Positions 1 to 12,413 of a stretch of 64,000 nt of DNA are shown in pieces. The translations under genes and the position numbers were made by a program. This DNA comes from Octopus vulgaris (taxonomy: Eukaryota): contig OX597818.1 in NCBI GenBank assembly GCA_951406725.2, positions 108,066,001 through 108,130,000 on the forward strand. Reading direction: 5' to 3'. Every line of letters starts with the position of its first letter. Within the stretch, counting starts at the first letter, position 1. Under the pieces are notes generated by a model. The model did not search any database and had not been told where the DNA came from. It saw nothing but the letters and a program-made list of their open reading frames with translations.

Positions 1-1214
1 CATATATATATATATATAAACATGCTCTAACATAGTTGCATTTACATATGTAAAGTCTCACACAAACACACATTTGCATATACACACATGTGTACATATA
101 CACCCCTATTCATACATGTATGTATATATGCATGTGTGTGCGTGTGTATTATATATATATTACATATATACATATATATGTATGTATGTATATATATATA
201 TGTATATGTATACATATATATATTTGTATGCTTGTATGCATGTATAAATGAATGTGTGTATAAATGTGTTTGTGTATGTCTGCATGCATGCATGTATATA
301 TGAATGTGTGTGTGTGTGTGTGTGTGTATGTTTGTGTATGTGTATCTGTATGTATCTGTGATTAAAGACATACTGCCATCCTCATCGTCAAAATGCTAGC
401 AGAACGGTGAATGTGGAATGGTGCATATGTTTATGAAGAAACGGCATTCAGAGGTAGCAGCATGAATTAGTAAGACAGGTGAGTGTATATATGAGAATGC
501 ATGCAAATAAATATTCTGTTAATCACACATTTATTTACACTCACCTAGCCCCCCACCTCTCTCTCTCTACATACATATTTGTTTTTGTTTTTTGTTTTTT
601 TTTGTTGTTTCACACCATAGAAATGAACGTCTACCCATAAAACCACTTCTACTCACACATGCACACACATGTGTGTGTGTCCATGCTCATACACAACCTT
701 ACAGGCAAATACATAAACGCACAAAGCATCTCTGACCACACATACAGTTTGTAATACCACATCATACAACTGCTTCCAAACATCCTTCTTCAGAAATATA
801 CACATTCACACACACACATACACACATGCACAAATATTCACACACATGCACACACATGCACATTATACATGTGTGTATATATACATTCATACATATGTAC
901 ATATACATATGCACACATGTACATTATATATATGTATGTGTGTATATACATACATGCATACATACATATAATACACACACACACAAACATGCACATTACA
1001 TATGTGTGTGTGTGTGTATTTACATACATACATATACATATACACACACACATACACATGCACATTATATACATGCGTGTATACATACATAATTGCACAC
1101 ACACACACACACACACATACACACATGGGTATCCTCACACTCCCTGTTCTCTTTTAATGTTCGTTTTCTGTGCTGGTATGGGTTGGACTGGTTCATCTGT
1201 GTGTTGATGCGTAA

Positions 1215-1710
1215 TCGTGTCTTTTGCATCTATGGTACCATGTGTTAATAGAGGTGATATTGTCTAAGCAGGTGAAACTGGTTTTGATGTGCGATTCTTG
1301 GGAAAGGCCTTTTAATTAGTGCCAAGAACTACTAGCTACATTGTTGAAATGTTTCGGTTAGATGGAGGATTGAACCAGATTATCTTTTTCTTTCTGACTT
1401 TCTTACAGTTCAGTAATGGGATTGGAGTGTCTTCCATATGTGCTAAGTTTTCCATGAATCCATTCCTCACTAATGCCTTGTTATAATGGAGTGGGGGGGT
1501 CTATTGAAGATCTTTCTATCTACTGATTGCTTAGAGATTCTTCCACTTATGCCTGTGACTAAGTTTCTAACTCCAGCTTGTAACTAGCTGGACTTTCTGT
1601 GGATACATACAGTTACCACATTGGGCTTCTAGTATGAGGAGTACTTGCCTATTTTCAGGGCCAGGGTTATGTCCAGGAAGTTAACAGTTGAATTTTGTCA
1701 AATCGGTTTT
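1215..1710 (-). mobile_element. Penelope-like element, RT C-terminal relic
   Basis: Manual minus-strand translation gives NSTVNFLDITL..KYSSY*KPN..ISGRISKQS..KIFN..HYNKALVRNGF, then IWFNPPSNRNIST..FLALIKRPFP. These match the Penelope RT/thumb motifs NFLDxTL, YxKP and WFNPP. Contains stops and frameshifts; ends at (TA)n. Confidence 0.8.
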
Positions 1711-2527
1711 GACTATATATATATATATATATCAGTGGCAACTCAGGCTTTGCCCAAGTATAAATTTAGTTAAATGAACATGTATTTGCAAGCTGATTTA
1801 ATTTCTGCTAACACTGACTTCAAGTATGTAGTTGCTGCCAATAACTTGGGCTTCTTTTGAGCCTGGTTGCAGTTCATTTATTTTCATTCAGCACCTGACG
1901 ATCGTCTTAGAGGTACCGTGTGTCAAAAATATAATTCATAACAGACATTCTCTCAACATCGTTCACATACGCCTGACTCAGGCTCAGAAGTTAAAACCTG
2001 AGTTATTATCTATAATTGTAAAAATTAAAAGTAATTCAAATTCAATGTTTTCTTGAAACAATAAATTTCTAAAGAGATTAGGATTTAAATTCCAATCTGT
2101 GAAAACTTTCTGTTCTACAATATTCTTAAAGGAACGAAAAATTATCCCAGCAACTCAGGCAAATACGAACGAGCTTGGTAGGTGTAAGAGACTAACTGGC
2201 ATCTCTTGTCAAGAGAACAGGTGACAGTCAGATCACTTATGTTTGTTGGGTACTCTACTGTCGTTCTTTGATTGCTGTTATTCTGTGCATTAGTATGTGA
2301 AGATCAGTTGTATTTTGCAGGGTGGCTTTATTTTTACCCTTAACTTAGAAATAGAGAAGGACATAGTGCCAGATATAAAACAAAAAACCATTTAGGGTTA
2401 GAAATATTGTGGCAAAATGTGAAATTCGTCAAGCAGACATGTGACTTATGCTAAATCTGTGTTGAGCTCACTTGACCAAATCTGTGATGAGCTCGAGTGA
2501 CACTGATGATGCCTCTCATATATGTGT

Positions 2528-2565
<38 letters not shown>

Positions 2566-2704
2566 TTGTAGATATATATACACATATATATATATACATA
2601 TATAGTCAATCCAAACAAGAAGAAGCAAGAGAAATCAATAATGCAAGGACATGATACAAGTACTGTGTTATTGGACACTCAGAAAAGGAAAGAAAAGAAA
2701 GAGG

Positions 2705-2739
2705 ATTTCACATTTCGAGCAGAGCTCTTCATCAGAAAT
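2705..2739 (-). ncRNA. Ultra-minimal hammerhead ribozyme motif (PLE type), probably decayed
   Basis: Minus strand reads ATTT-CTGATGA-A-GAGC-TCT-GCTC-GAAA-TG-TG-AAAT. Both core boxes are present, with a 4-bp stem II and a 4-bp stem I. Helix III is vestigial and the cleavage position is G. Lies in a ~200-bp island between (TA)n tracts. Confidence 0.65.
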
Positions 2740-2937
2740 ATAGAAAAAGTCCAAAGAAAAGAAGATGGAGAAAGAAAATCACCAACAAAACACACTCGAT
2801 ATATATACATACATATGTATATATATTATATATATACACACACACATTATATATATATATATATATATACCTACACACATATATGCACATATATTTATAC
2901 ATACATATATATGTTTGTGTATGTGTGTATGTATATA

Positions 2938-2981
<44 letters not shown>

Positions 2982-3568
2982 GACATACCTATATACATAT
3001 ATATATGCATATATGTGTGTATACATATATACATATAGATAGATAGATATAGACATATATATACATATACATACACACTAATAAAGATTCATCATAATGT
3101 TCTATCTGTGAATAATTCCATGCGTGCTTGACAGCACATATGCATGCATATATCACAGTGTGTTTTTTTGCATATGTTTGTGTGTGTGTGCATCTACCTA
3201 GCTAGATAGCTATCTGTCTGAGGGAGGTATGCGTGTGTCCATGTTTAGTTGTAGAGAAGTGTGTGAAAGAGTCACAGCTGGAGAATTGGGGACATTCAAT
3301 AACCCGAAGCTTCGTTTTTATGGGTCCCTTTACCGTTTTTATGTAAATTTTTTAAAACCATTTTTTTCAGAGACTTCCATGGAGTGTTTATTTCCTTTAT
3401 CCCTTGATAAGATTATTATCCCAATCATTATCATCACATTCCCCCACCACCTTCTTTCCTCTCTTCAGCATCATTATCATCACCAGCATTGTTATCAAAT
3501 CGAACTTCATCACCGTCATTGTAGACCTCAACAACAAAAAAAAAACAAGTTGATACCAAGGTTTCTTA

Positions 3569-3618
<50 letters not shown>

Positions 3619-4454
3619 GTTATTACATGTGCATGTAAATACATACAGGCTCTCTCTCTCTCTCTCTCCCTCAGACACATTCGCACACACAGAGACTTTA
3701 CCACACACACACCAGAGACTTTACCACACACATACACACATGCTCACACACGTACACACACACACACACACATACTCTCTCACACACGTGCACATACTTT
3801 TCCACATATACACTTATAAACTCAAGCTCACACACACACACACACACATACTCATTAACACGTGCTCTCACATGCATACACACAAACATAAACGCATGCT
3901 TACACACACATAACACACACACACACTAACTCACATACATATTATGTCATGCACACATGCTCACATACACTTACGCATACACTCACTCACACACACATCA
4001 TACACACACACACACACAAGCACGCGTCTTCCTAGTCTCATCATTGTGACATTCTCTGACCTCTTGTATTAATGAATTACAAACTATGGCAGCCAAGTGG
4101 AACGACTTTCTTCCAGACCTCTTCACTGAACTTTACTCTCTTTCCATTCACCCTCACTCCTATGCATACAAGCAAACACACACACACACACACACACATG
4201 CATGCACACGCATGCAAACGTGTTAAATGTAGAAAGTGCCTGAGGCAAAATGTTACACAGGGAAAGAACACGTAAACACAAACCACAAAGCACTTTCATA
4301 TGCTATTCTATAGTCATCATCATCATCATCGTTTAAAGTCCGTTTTCCATGCTGGCATGGGTTGGACGGTTTGACTGAGGACTGGCGAACCAGATGGCTG
4401 CACAAATATATTCATATAATATGCATACATATATATGTATGTATATGTGTGCGT

Positions 4455-5102
<648 letters not shown>

Positions 5103-5905
5103 AAGAAACAAAGATAGACAGAGTTAGCTAGGTAGGTAAATGGATATAGGTAGATATATAAAGAGATAGAGATAGAGAGAGAGACATCATTTCCAACTCA
5201 TACCAGCATGGAAAACGGACGTTAAAAGATGATAATGATGATGATGATGTGTATCTGTGAGTGTGTATGTGTCTCAATTTGTATTCTGTGTGTGTTTTTA
5301 TTTTTACTTTTATAGGGCTCAGAATTTACTTTTTGCTGTTTCTTTCTATTTTCTTTAAAAATTCTTCACTGCTGTCTTATCTTCCAAGACATCTCAAAGA
5401 AAAGCTATACATTTTATGATTCTACAACTTGTAATTTTTTTCACCTTTAATAACTTATTTTTCTGAAGAATTACGTATTTGCATATGAAATATTAACCTT
5501 GTGTTGTTTATTTCTATAATTTTAGTAGCCATCAGCCACACCTTAACCTCCTGAACAATAATCGAGTGGTGGTGGGAGGTGAATGTGGTGTGGATGGGGT
5601 GGGAGGTGAATGTTGTGGGGAGAGGGTTAATGTGGTGGTTTCCCTTCACAAACTGAGACAGAGACAGTTTCAATAGAATCCGATCATGATGTCGTTAAGG
5701 TGTTGATTTGATTTATGGTCGTTTTTATGTGACAGCTGTTTTAATGGTTTCAAGGCTGAGGTGCTTCTGTCGACTTAAAGGTCACAAGTTCAACAAAAAT
5801 CTTTCCTTCTTTAATGATTACAATGGGTCCATCGGAAGAGCACATCACTTGTTTTGCTATGTGCCAGTTAGGGGGTGGATGAAAAAATACCATTTCACAC
5901 CTATT

Positions 5906-6058
5906 CAAGCTGTGTGGTAAGAAGCCTCCTTCCCAGTCACATGGTTTTCGGTTCAGTTTCACTGTGTGGCACCTTGGGCAAGTATCTTCTATTGTCTTGG
6001 GCCGATGAAGCCTTATGAGCAGATTTGGAACACAGAAACTGAAAGAAGCCTGTTGTAT
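5906..6058 (+). mobile_element. SINE family A, 5' part
   Basis: Similar to 4620-4785. Confidence 0.8.
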
Positions 6059-6184
6059 ACATTCATTCATACATATATGTACACACCCACACACATATAG
6101 TATATTATATTAATTAATTTTATTTCTATTTATTGGTTTATGTTTTTCACTGTTTGATATGCCTAATAGTGGTTTTATCTCTAA

Positions 6185-6224
<40 letters not shown>

Positions 6225-6265
6225 TTAATAAAATAGGTGCTGGAATGTGTAATAGACTTTACTGG

Positions 6266-6307
6266 GTACAACACATGTTTCGACCCATTGTGGGTCTCTT
6301 CAGGTAC
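6266..6307 (-). ncRNA. Minimal type-I hammerhead ribozyme with intact core
   Basis: Minus strand reads GTAC-CTGAAGA-GACCC-ACAAT-GGGTC-GAAAC-ATGT-GTT-GTAC. Stem I is 4 bp, stem II is 5 bp, helix III is short and contains the palindrome ACATGT, and the triplet is GUU. Lies in a ~125-bp island between (TA)n tracts. Confidence 0.85.
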
Positions 6308-6360
6308 ATCAATAAAAAGTCTCACAAGAGATTTCTTGAGTTGGTTTATATATATATATA

Positions 6361-7944
6361 CACCAGGTGTAACAGCATAATTGTCACTCTCATAAATTCT
6401 TAAAATTTTTTAAAATCCAATAAACAATTTGCAATTTTCTGATTTTTCTCGAGAAGACATCTGGCCATTCTGAAACCTGCTTTTGTAAGAATCAGTGAAA
6501 TACCTATTGAGATATTTAGCTATAAAGAGAACAGGCTGAAATTGTTTTGTGCCAGCCTCACCATGTTTTCCCAAATGAGCAATGTTGAGAGGGCTAAAAA
6601 TCATCCAGTAATGGTACCAACATGAATTCTCTGGATTCCACCTTCAAATTCCATTTAAAATCTATCAAGAGACTTGTGTATAATTTTGAGAAAAAGGAAA
6701 TAGTGGAAAGGAAAGCTGCATCAGGAAGTCATAACTGCAAGAAGGATCATCATTTCAATTTGGATCTGATGGGATCAAACTGAAGAGATCCAACTCAATC
6801 CCTAAGACGTTTGGCATGTAAAAGAGGCGCTTTGGCTATGAAAGTTCTAAGAGTGGTGACAGAAGACTTGAAAATGAAATCATACTGAGACTGTGAGGCC
6901 TCTTTGTTACTCCAGGACAAAAGGTTAGAAGGTTGGATGGGGTGAAGATCATCTTGAACAAAGTGGAATATAATCCTGGAGTGATCTTTTACACAGACGA
7001 GAAGAATTTCACTCAAGATACGTACACAAACAGCTGTGTTCTGGCTTCACCTACTCACGTGAGAGCCAAAAATGTCATTTTTCAGGTGCAAAAGTCCTGC
7101 CATTCTGATGATTTTTGCTTGTGTGACTTATGATGGCAAGAAGATGCCATTGATCGTTTTTGAGAAGGCTGAGAGAGTGGCAGGAATTTGTTATGTTCAG
7201 GTTTTGAAATATGTAAAGACCTGGATTCTTTCTGAATATCTTGAGGCAAGTGACACGAAAAACTTTACAAGATTGCTAAGAATGTTAAGTTTACATTCCA
7301 GCAAGGTGGGTCTCTTTGCCATACAAGTGCAGTGGCTCAAAAATTTCTCAGAGACGAGTTTGGGAACATTTTAAGGGATAAGGACACTTGGCCTCTTTCA
7401 TCACCTGATTTGAATCCTTTAGACTTCAGCATCTGGAAGGAACAGGTCAGAAAAGCTTGTGAGAAGCCTCACAGCAACTTGCAAGCTCTCAAAAGTTCCA
7501 TCTGTAGGATGTAGGAGGAAGACATTGATGAGGAATTCATTAAGAGGGCTTGTAGTGCAGTCAGGAAGTGGGTTGAGGAAGTCATTGCCAAGAGAAGAGC
7601 AACTTGTAATGCCTAACCGGTAGAATTTTGGCCAGAATTGTCTCTGGCACATTAAAATAAAACTTTAAGCTTCCATTTCGAAATTTATTCCAGCCCTTTA
7701 TGAGTTCCCAATCCTAAGCTATGGTTAATTATTTATGAAAATCTCCTTTTCGTCCACGATCAACTTCATCACGATTCTTCTGTTAAATTTGGAGAGTAAT
7801 CAACATTTTTTCTTGCTCAAAGCACAGTCCAATAGGATTGAAAAGACCTCTGAAAATTCCATTAGGTTATCTTTAAGCATTCTTGAGATACAAAGGTTCA
7901 TTGCTAAATCTAAAATTTGGACAATTTCACTGATGCACCCGGTT
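6361..7944 (+). mobile_element. Tc1/mariner (maT-like DDD) DNA transposon, degenerate full length
   Basis: Flanked by TA, with imperfect ~25-bp TIRs (CACCAGGTGTAACAGCATAATTGTC and GACAATTTCACTGATGCACCCGGTT). Broken transposase shows FYTDEKNFT, FQQ[G]GSLCHTS and WPLSSPDLNPLDFSIW. Confidence 0.88.
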
Positions 7945-7964
7945 TATACATATATATTATATAT

Positions 7965-8373
7965 CTTTTACTTGCTTCAGTCATTAGACTGTGGCCATGC
8001 TGGGGCTCCACCTTGAAGAAGTATCAGTTAAACGAATCAACCCCAGTACTATTTTTTTTTTTTGTTTTTCAAGACTCATGCTTATTCTATCAGTCTCTTG
8101 TGCTGAACTGCTAAGTTATGGGGATGCAAACCAGCACTGGTAGTCAAGCTGTGGTGGAGTGGACAAACATACACACATAGCTAGGTGTGTGCGTGTATAT
8201 ATATATATATATGATGAGCTTCTTTCAGTTTCCGTCTTCCAAATCCATCCACAAGGCTTTGGTCTGCTGGAGGCTATGGTAGAAGATACGTGTCCAAAGT
8301 GGTATGCTGTGGGACTGAACCCTGGACCATGTAGTTGGAAAGCAAGTTTCTTATCACACAGCCACACCTGTGC
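7965..8373 (-). mobile_element. SINE family A
   Basis: Reverse-complement match to 4620-5022. Confidence 0.85.
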
Positions 8374-9352
8374 ATGCATGCGTGTATGTGTGTATGTGTG
8401 TGTGTGTGTGTGTACGTGTGTGTACACATACGTATGTATGTGTGTGCGTATGCATGCGTGCAGGTGTGCCTGTGTGGTAAGAAGTTTCTTAAAAACTTGT
8501 TAAAAGAAAGGATACAGTGCTTGGCACATTTTAAATGATGGATAGTCAACACTGGGATACCATTAATCATTAATCCACTCAATCACAGCCAAAACAGGGT
8601 TAAATGAAATGGCTTCAGTAAAAGGAGGAGACAAAGTTTCCTCCAGTCTAGAGTGGAACTACAATTGTAAAACAGTGGAAAATGGAAATATCAACTCTTT
8701 GGCATTTAAACTAGCTGTATAAAACCAAAATATTCTGCAAGTTTTATGCTCATAGTGGCTAGATCTGGCCTTTCACACCTACCCTAGAAAGCCATTCTAA
8801 AATTAAACACTCACATCTTTGAAATCTTGAAGCTACAAGATGATGCTAAAGGGTTAAAATGGTAGAGCATAGAGGGGAGGTTAAGTTTTTGCAAGGAGGT
8901 GGGGAGGTCAGCTCCTATCAGTCAGCAGAATTTTGAGTAAACGAAATATGAAAGTAAACTACAAAGTTATTTGTACAAATAGAAAATGTTGAAGATAAAG
9001 TTTACTTGTCTCAGTATTTATAACTTTCTTATTTACTTATCACTCACATCCATCGGATTTGACGGCCTTCATTGGATTTTAATTTCTTCTCATTTATCAT
9101 TCTTGATTGTATTGTATCAGCCTGTCAGCTGATCTATTTCAGTTTAAATATACACACAAGTACACACACACACACACACATGTATATACATACATATATA
9201 TGGGTGCATGTATATAAATGTGTGTGTGAATTTATATACATACATATATAATATATATGTATATATCCCTCTCTATATATATGTATACATATAAATATAT
9301 ATGTAAATGTAGAATGATGAAATGAGTGCTCAACACTGCATTGGTGGACATA

Positions 9353-9526
9353 TAATTTCTTTATTTGTGAATTAAGGCTACCATTAGTTTCATGTTAAGG
9401 AGAGTAGGAAAATATCCTATTGTCTTAACAATTTTTTAAGCCACACTTTTTGGAGACACTAGGATATTTTCTTACTCTTCTTAACATGAAACCAATTGTA
9501 CTCTTAATTCACAAATAAAGAAATTA
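9353..9526. repeat. Fold-back inverted repeat containing an HHR 3' half
   Basis: Arms 9353-9425 and 9454-9526 (73 bp, imperfect). The right arm contains catGAAAC-CAATT-GTA. Microsatellites lie on both sides. Confidence 0.85.
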
Positions 9527-9561
9527 CACACACACACACACACACACATACAGACACACAT

Positions 9562-9601
<40 letters not shown>

Positions 9602-9602
9602 G

Positions 9603-9883
9603 GTATTTCTGGATGGTCATTTTATTTCACCAAATAAACACGTGTACTATATATCTGTTCTTTAATTGTTTATTACTGTTCTTATTTTAACTCATGTCCA
9701 TTGTCCAGAAATCTTTCGTCACACACTTGTGACCTCTTCAATGCCACTTTCTGTTCTCATGTGTGCTCCAATGGACAATGGACATGAGTTAAAATAAGAA
9801 CAGCAATAAGCAAATGAAGAATGAAAATATAGTGCAGGTGTTTATTTGGCGAAAAAAAAAAAACAAAGACCATCCCGAAATAC
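9603..9883. repeat. Fold-back inverted repeat with an HHR core in the loop
   Basis: Arms 9603-9707 and 9772-9883; starts a few bases after a (TA)n tract. Confidence 0.85.
9703..9745 (-). ncRNA. Degenerate minimal hammerhead motif
   Basis: Minus strand reads ggca-TTGAAGA-G-GTCAC-AAGTGT-GTGAC-GAAA-GATT-TC-tggac. Stem II is a perfect 5 bp; C3 is changed to T and stem I is eroded. Confidence 0.6.
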
Positions 9884-9948
9884 AATATCTGCTTCAACAC
9901 AAGGTTTCACATCAGGAATCTTGCAACACAAATTAATAAACGTACATA

Positions 9949-10308
9949 TCATCATCATCATCGTCGTTTAACGTCTGCTTTCTATGCTAGCATGGGTTGG
10001 CCGATTTGACTGAGGACTGGCAAACCAGATGTCTGCACCAGGCTCCAACCTTGATCTGGCAGAGTTTCTACAGCTGGATGCCCTTCTTAACGCCAACCAC
10101 TCCGACAGTGTAGTGGGTGCTTTTATGTGCCACCAGCATGGGGGCCAGTCAGGCGGTACTGGCAATGACCTCGCTCAAAGGTTTTTCACGTGCCACTGGC
10201 ACAAGTGCCAATAAGGTGACACTGGTAGTGATCATGCTTGAATGGTGGCTTTTACTTGCCACCGGCATGGAAGCCAGTTAGCCGCTCTGTCAACGATCAT
10301 GCTCGGAT
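9949..10308 (-). mobile_element. RTE LINE 3' end or RTE-tailed retroposon
   Basis: (CAT)n tail followed by CGTTTAACGTC..CATGCTAGCATGGGTTGG-like sequence; reverse match to the 3' UTR of the 47275-49957 RTE. Confidence 0.85.
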
Positions 10309-10360
10309 GTATATATATATATTTTGCTAAAATGTCGTATTGACGAGTTTCGTTTTTTTC

Positions 10361-10446
10361 ACTTTCCCGAAGAGAAGATTGCATTGTTTATACCATTTAT
10401 TCTTTTGAATAGTATCAGTGGAATTTTCGAAACATGTGTTGAAAGT
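10361..10446 (+). ncRNA. Type-I hammerhead motif with extended stem II and CCGA core variant
   Basis: ACTTTC-CCGAAGA-[gaagatt...attc-tttt-gaat...aattttc]-GAAAC-ATGT-GTT-GAAAGT. Stem I is a perfect 6 bp and helix III is identical to that at 6266-6307. Lies between (TA)n tracts. Confidence 0.75.
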
Positions 10447-10992
10447 AAAAATACTTGTTTAAACCTGCATTAACTCCATTTTTTATTCATATATATATAC
10501 ACACACATTTATATACATACGTATATACACACATTCAACTCCTTATCAGTGAGAGTGAGTGATTTACTGGTTGGCAATATATGTCTTTCTATCTAACCAT
10601 CCATCTCTCTCTCTCTCTCCCTCTCTCCATCTCTCTCTTCTTTTCCTGCTCACTCCACTTCAATATATCTATCCATCTAATGCCGCATACATTATTTATT
10701 TCATACTTGAGTAGGGAAATAGCTGAGCTGATAAAGTAACAGACAATTGAATCCCAAGTCATGGATTATTGGTTCCACAAAGCCATCGCCATAGAAATGC
10801 GTCCACACAAACACACCCTTTTCCCAAAGACTTCATTTCTTATTGATAGAATATATTATATTTGTTGTCATAAACGCTGTACAATTTTCACCTCTACTCT
10901 CATTTTTACACACATACATATTATACTTACACACAGTTGATGATGATTATGATGATGATGATGACGACATATAAATATATATATATGTATAT

Positions 10993-11320
10993 CAGGTATG
11001 GGTGTGTGGTAAGAAGCTTACTTCCCAACCACATGGTTCTGGGTTCAGTCCCACTGTGTTGCACCTTGAGCAAGTGTCTTCTACTATAGCCTCGGCCTGA
11101 CCAAAGCCTTGAGAGTGCATTTGGTAGACAGAAGCATGTGTGTGTGTGTGTGTGTCTGTGGCTCTGTTTGTGTGCATGTGTGTGTGTGTCTTTGTTTGTT
11201 TCCACTTCATCCCCACCCCCGCTAACAATTGACTACTGTTGTTGCAGTGTTTACATTTCAATAACTTAACAGCTCAGCAAAAGAGACCGATAGAGTAACT
11301 ACCTGTCTTTAAAAAGAAAA
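10993..11320 (+). mobile_element. SINE family A (diverged, 3'-truncated)
   Basis: Head and body similar to 4620-4920. Confidence 0.8.
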
Positions 11321-11487
11321 TAAGGTTGTTTTGTTTGACTAAAAATTCTTTGAGATGTTTGGCTTCACCTGGTGAAGTAACAAAAGTAGAAACTCTGCCA
11401 GATCAAGGTAGGAGTGTGAAAAGATTAGAGTACTCCCTAACTGGCCCCCATGCTGGTGGTATGCAGAAAGCACTATGCAAATGTGAA

Positions 11488-11740
11488 AGACAGACAGAGG
11501 AAGAGAAAAGCAGTGAAAGAAAGGGAGAGGCAGAGAGAGAAAGAGAGAGGCAGAGAGAGAAAGGGAGAGACAGAGAGAGGCAGAGAGAGAAAGAGAGAAG
11601 CAGAGAGAGAAATGGAGAAGCAGAGAAAGAAAGAGAGAGGCAGAGAAAGAAAGGGAGAGGCAGAGAGAGAAAGAGAGAGGCAGAGAGAAGCAGAGAGAGA
11701 AAGAGAGAGGCTGAGAGAGGTACAGAGAGAAAGAGAGAGA
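11488..11740. repeat. Purine-rich (GA)-derived tandem repeat
   Basis: Units of about 10/20 bp such as GCAGAGAGAG-AAAGAGAGAG. Confidence 0.9.
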
Positions 11741-12144
11741 TGCTGCTTGTAAGGGATAAGAATCTGTAAAAGGGCCAAGAATCAGCATAAAAAGACAATG
11801 GTGAAAGGGGTGGAAGTGAAAGGTGATCTGGATTAAGAGAAAGAGGGAAGATAAGATAAAGAGGGGATATAAACATTAGAAGTCAGTCAGCACTCTCCCC
11901 TCTACTCATTAATCCACTATAATTCAATAATTTCTATCACATCCTGCTCGTACATTCTCTTTATTGATAGTTCTGGGAATTCCAAGAGAAATCCTTAGCT
12001 TACCTACATTTTAGACATTTCAGGAAAGGATAACCATGACATCCCACTGAGAAGCATAAAAACCTTAATTTGGATGAGAGAACAATCGGTTACACTTAAT
12101 TTAGTACATAACTAGTGTATATTTTAGTAATGTCCCTGAGCAAA

Positions 12145-12413
12145 TCATCATCGTCATCGTCATCATCATCATTTAATGTCCATTGTCCATGCTGGTATTG
12201 GTTGGGCAGTTTGACCAATGCTGCACCAGACTCCAGCCTGATTTTCTATGGCTGGATGCCCTTCCTAATGCCAACCACTCTGAGAGTGTAGTGGATGATT
12301 TTACATGCATGGGTGCCGTTTGCATGACACTGGTATCTACCACGACTGTGATTTTGCTTGGCTTGATGGGTCTTCTCCTCAACCATGACATAATACCAAA
12401 GGTCTCTGTCATT
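12145..12413 (-). mobile_element. RTE LINE 3' fragment (ORF end, UTR and (GAT)n tail)
   Basis: Tail and UTR as in the other copies. The minus strand encodes GLTEAMT..RDLWYYVMVEEKTHQAK across a frameshift, homologous to the RTE C-terminus GLTEEMTRDRDLWKCAVREKTRQDK. Confidence 0.85.
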
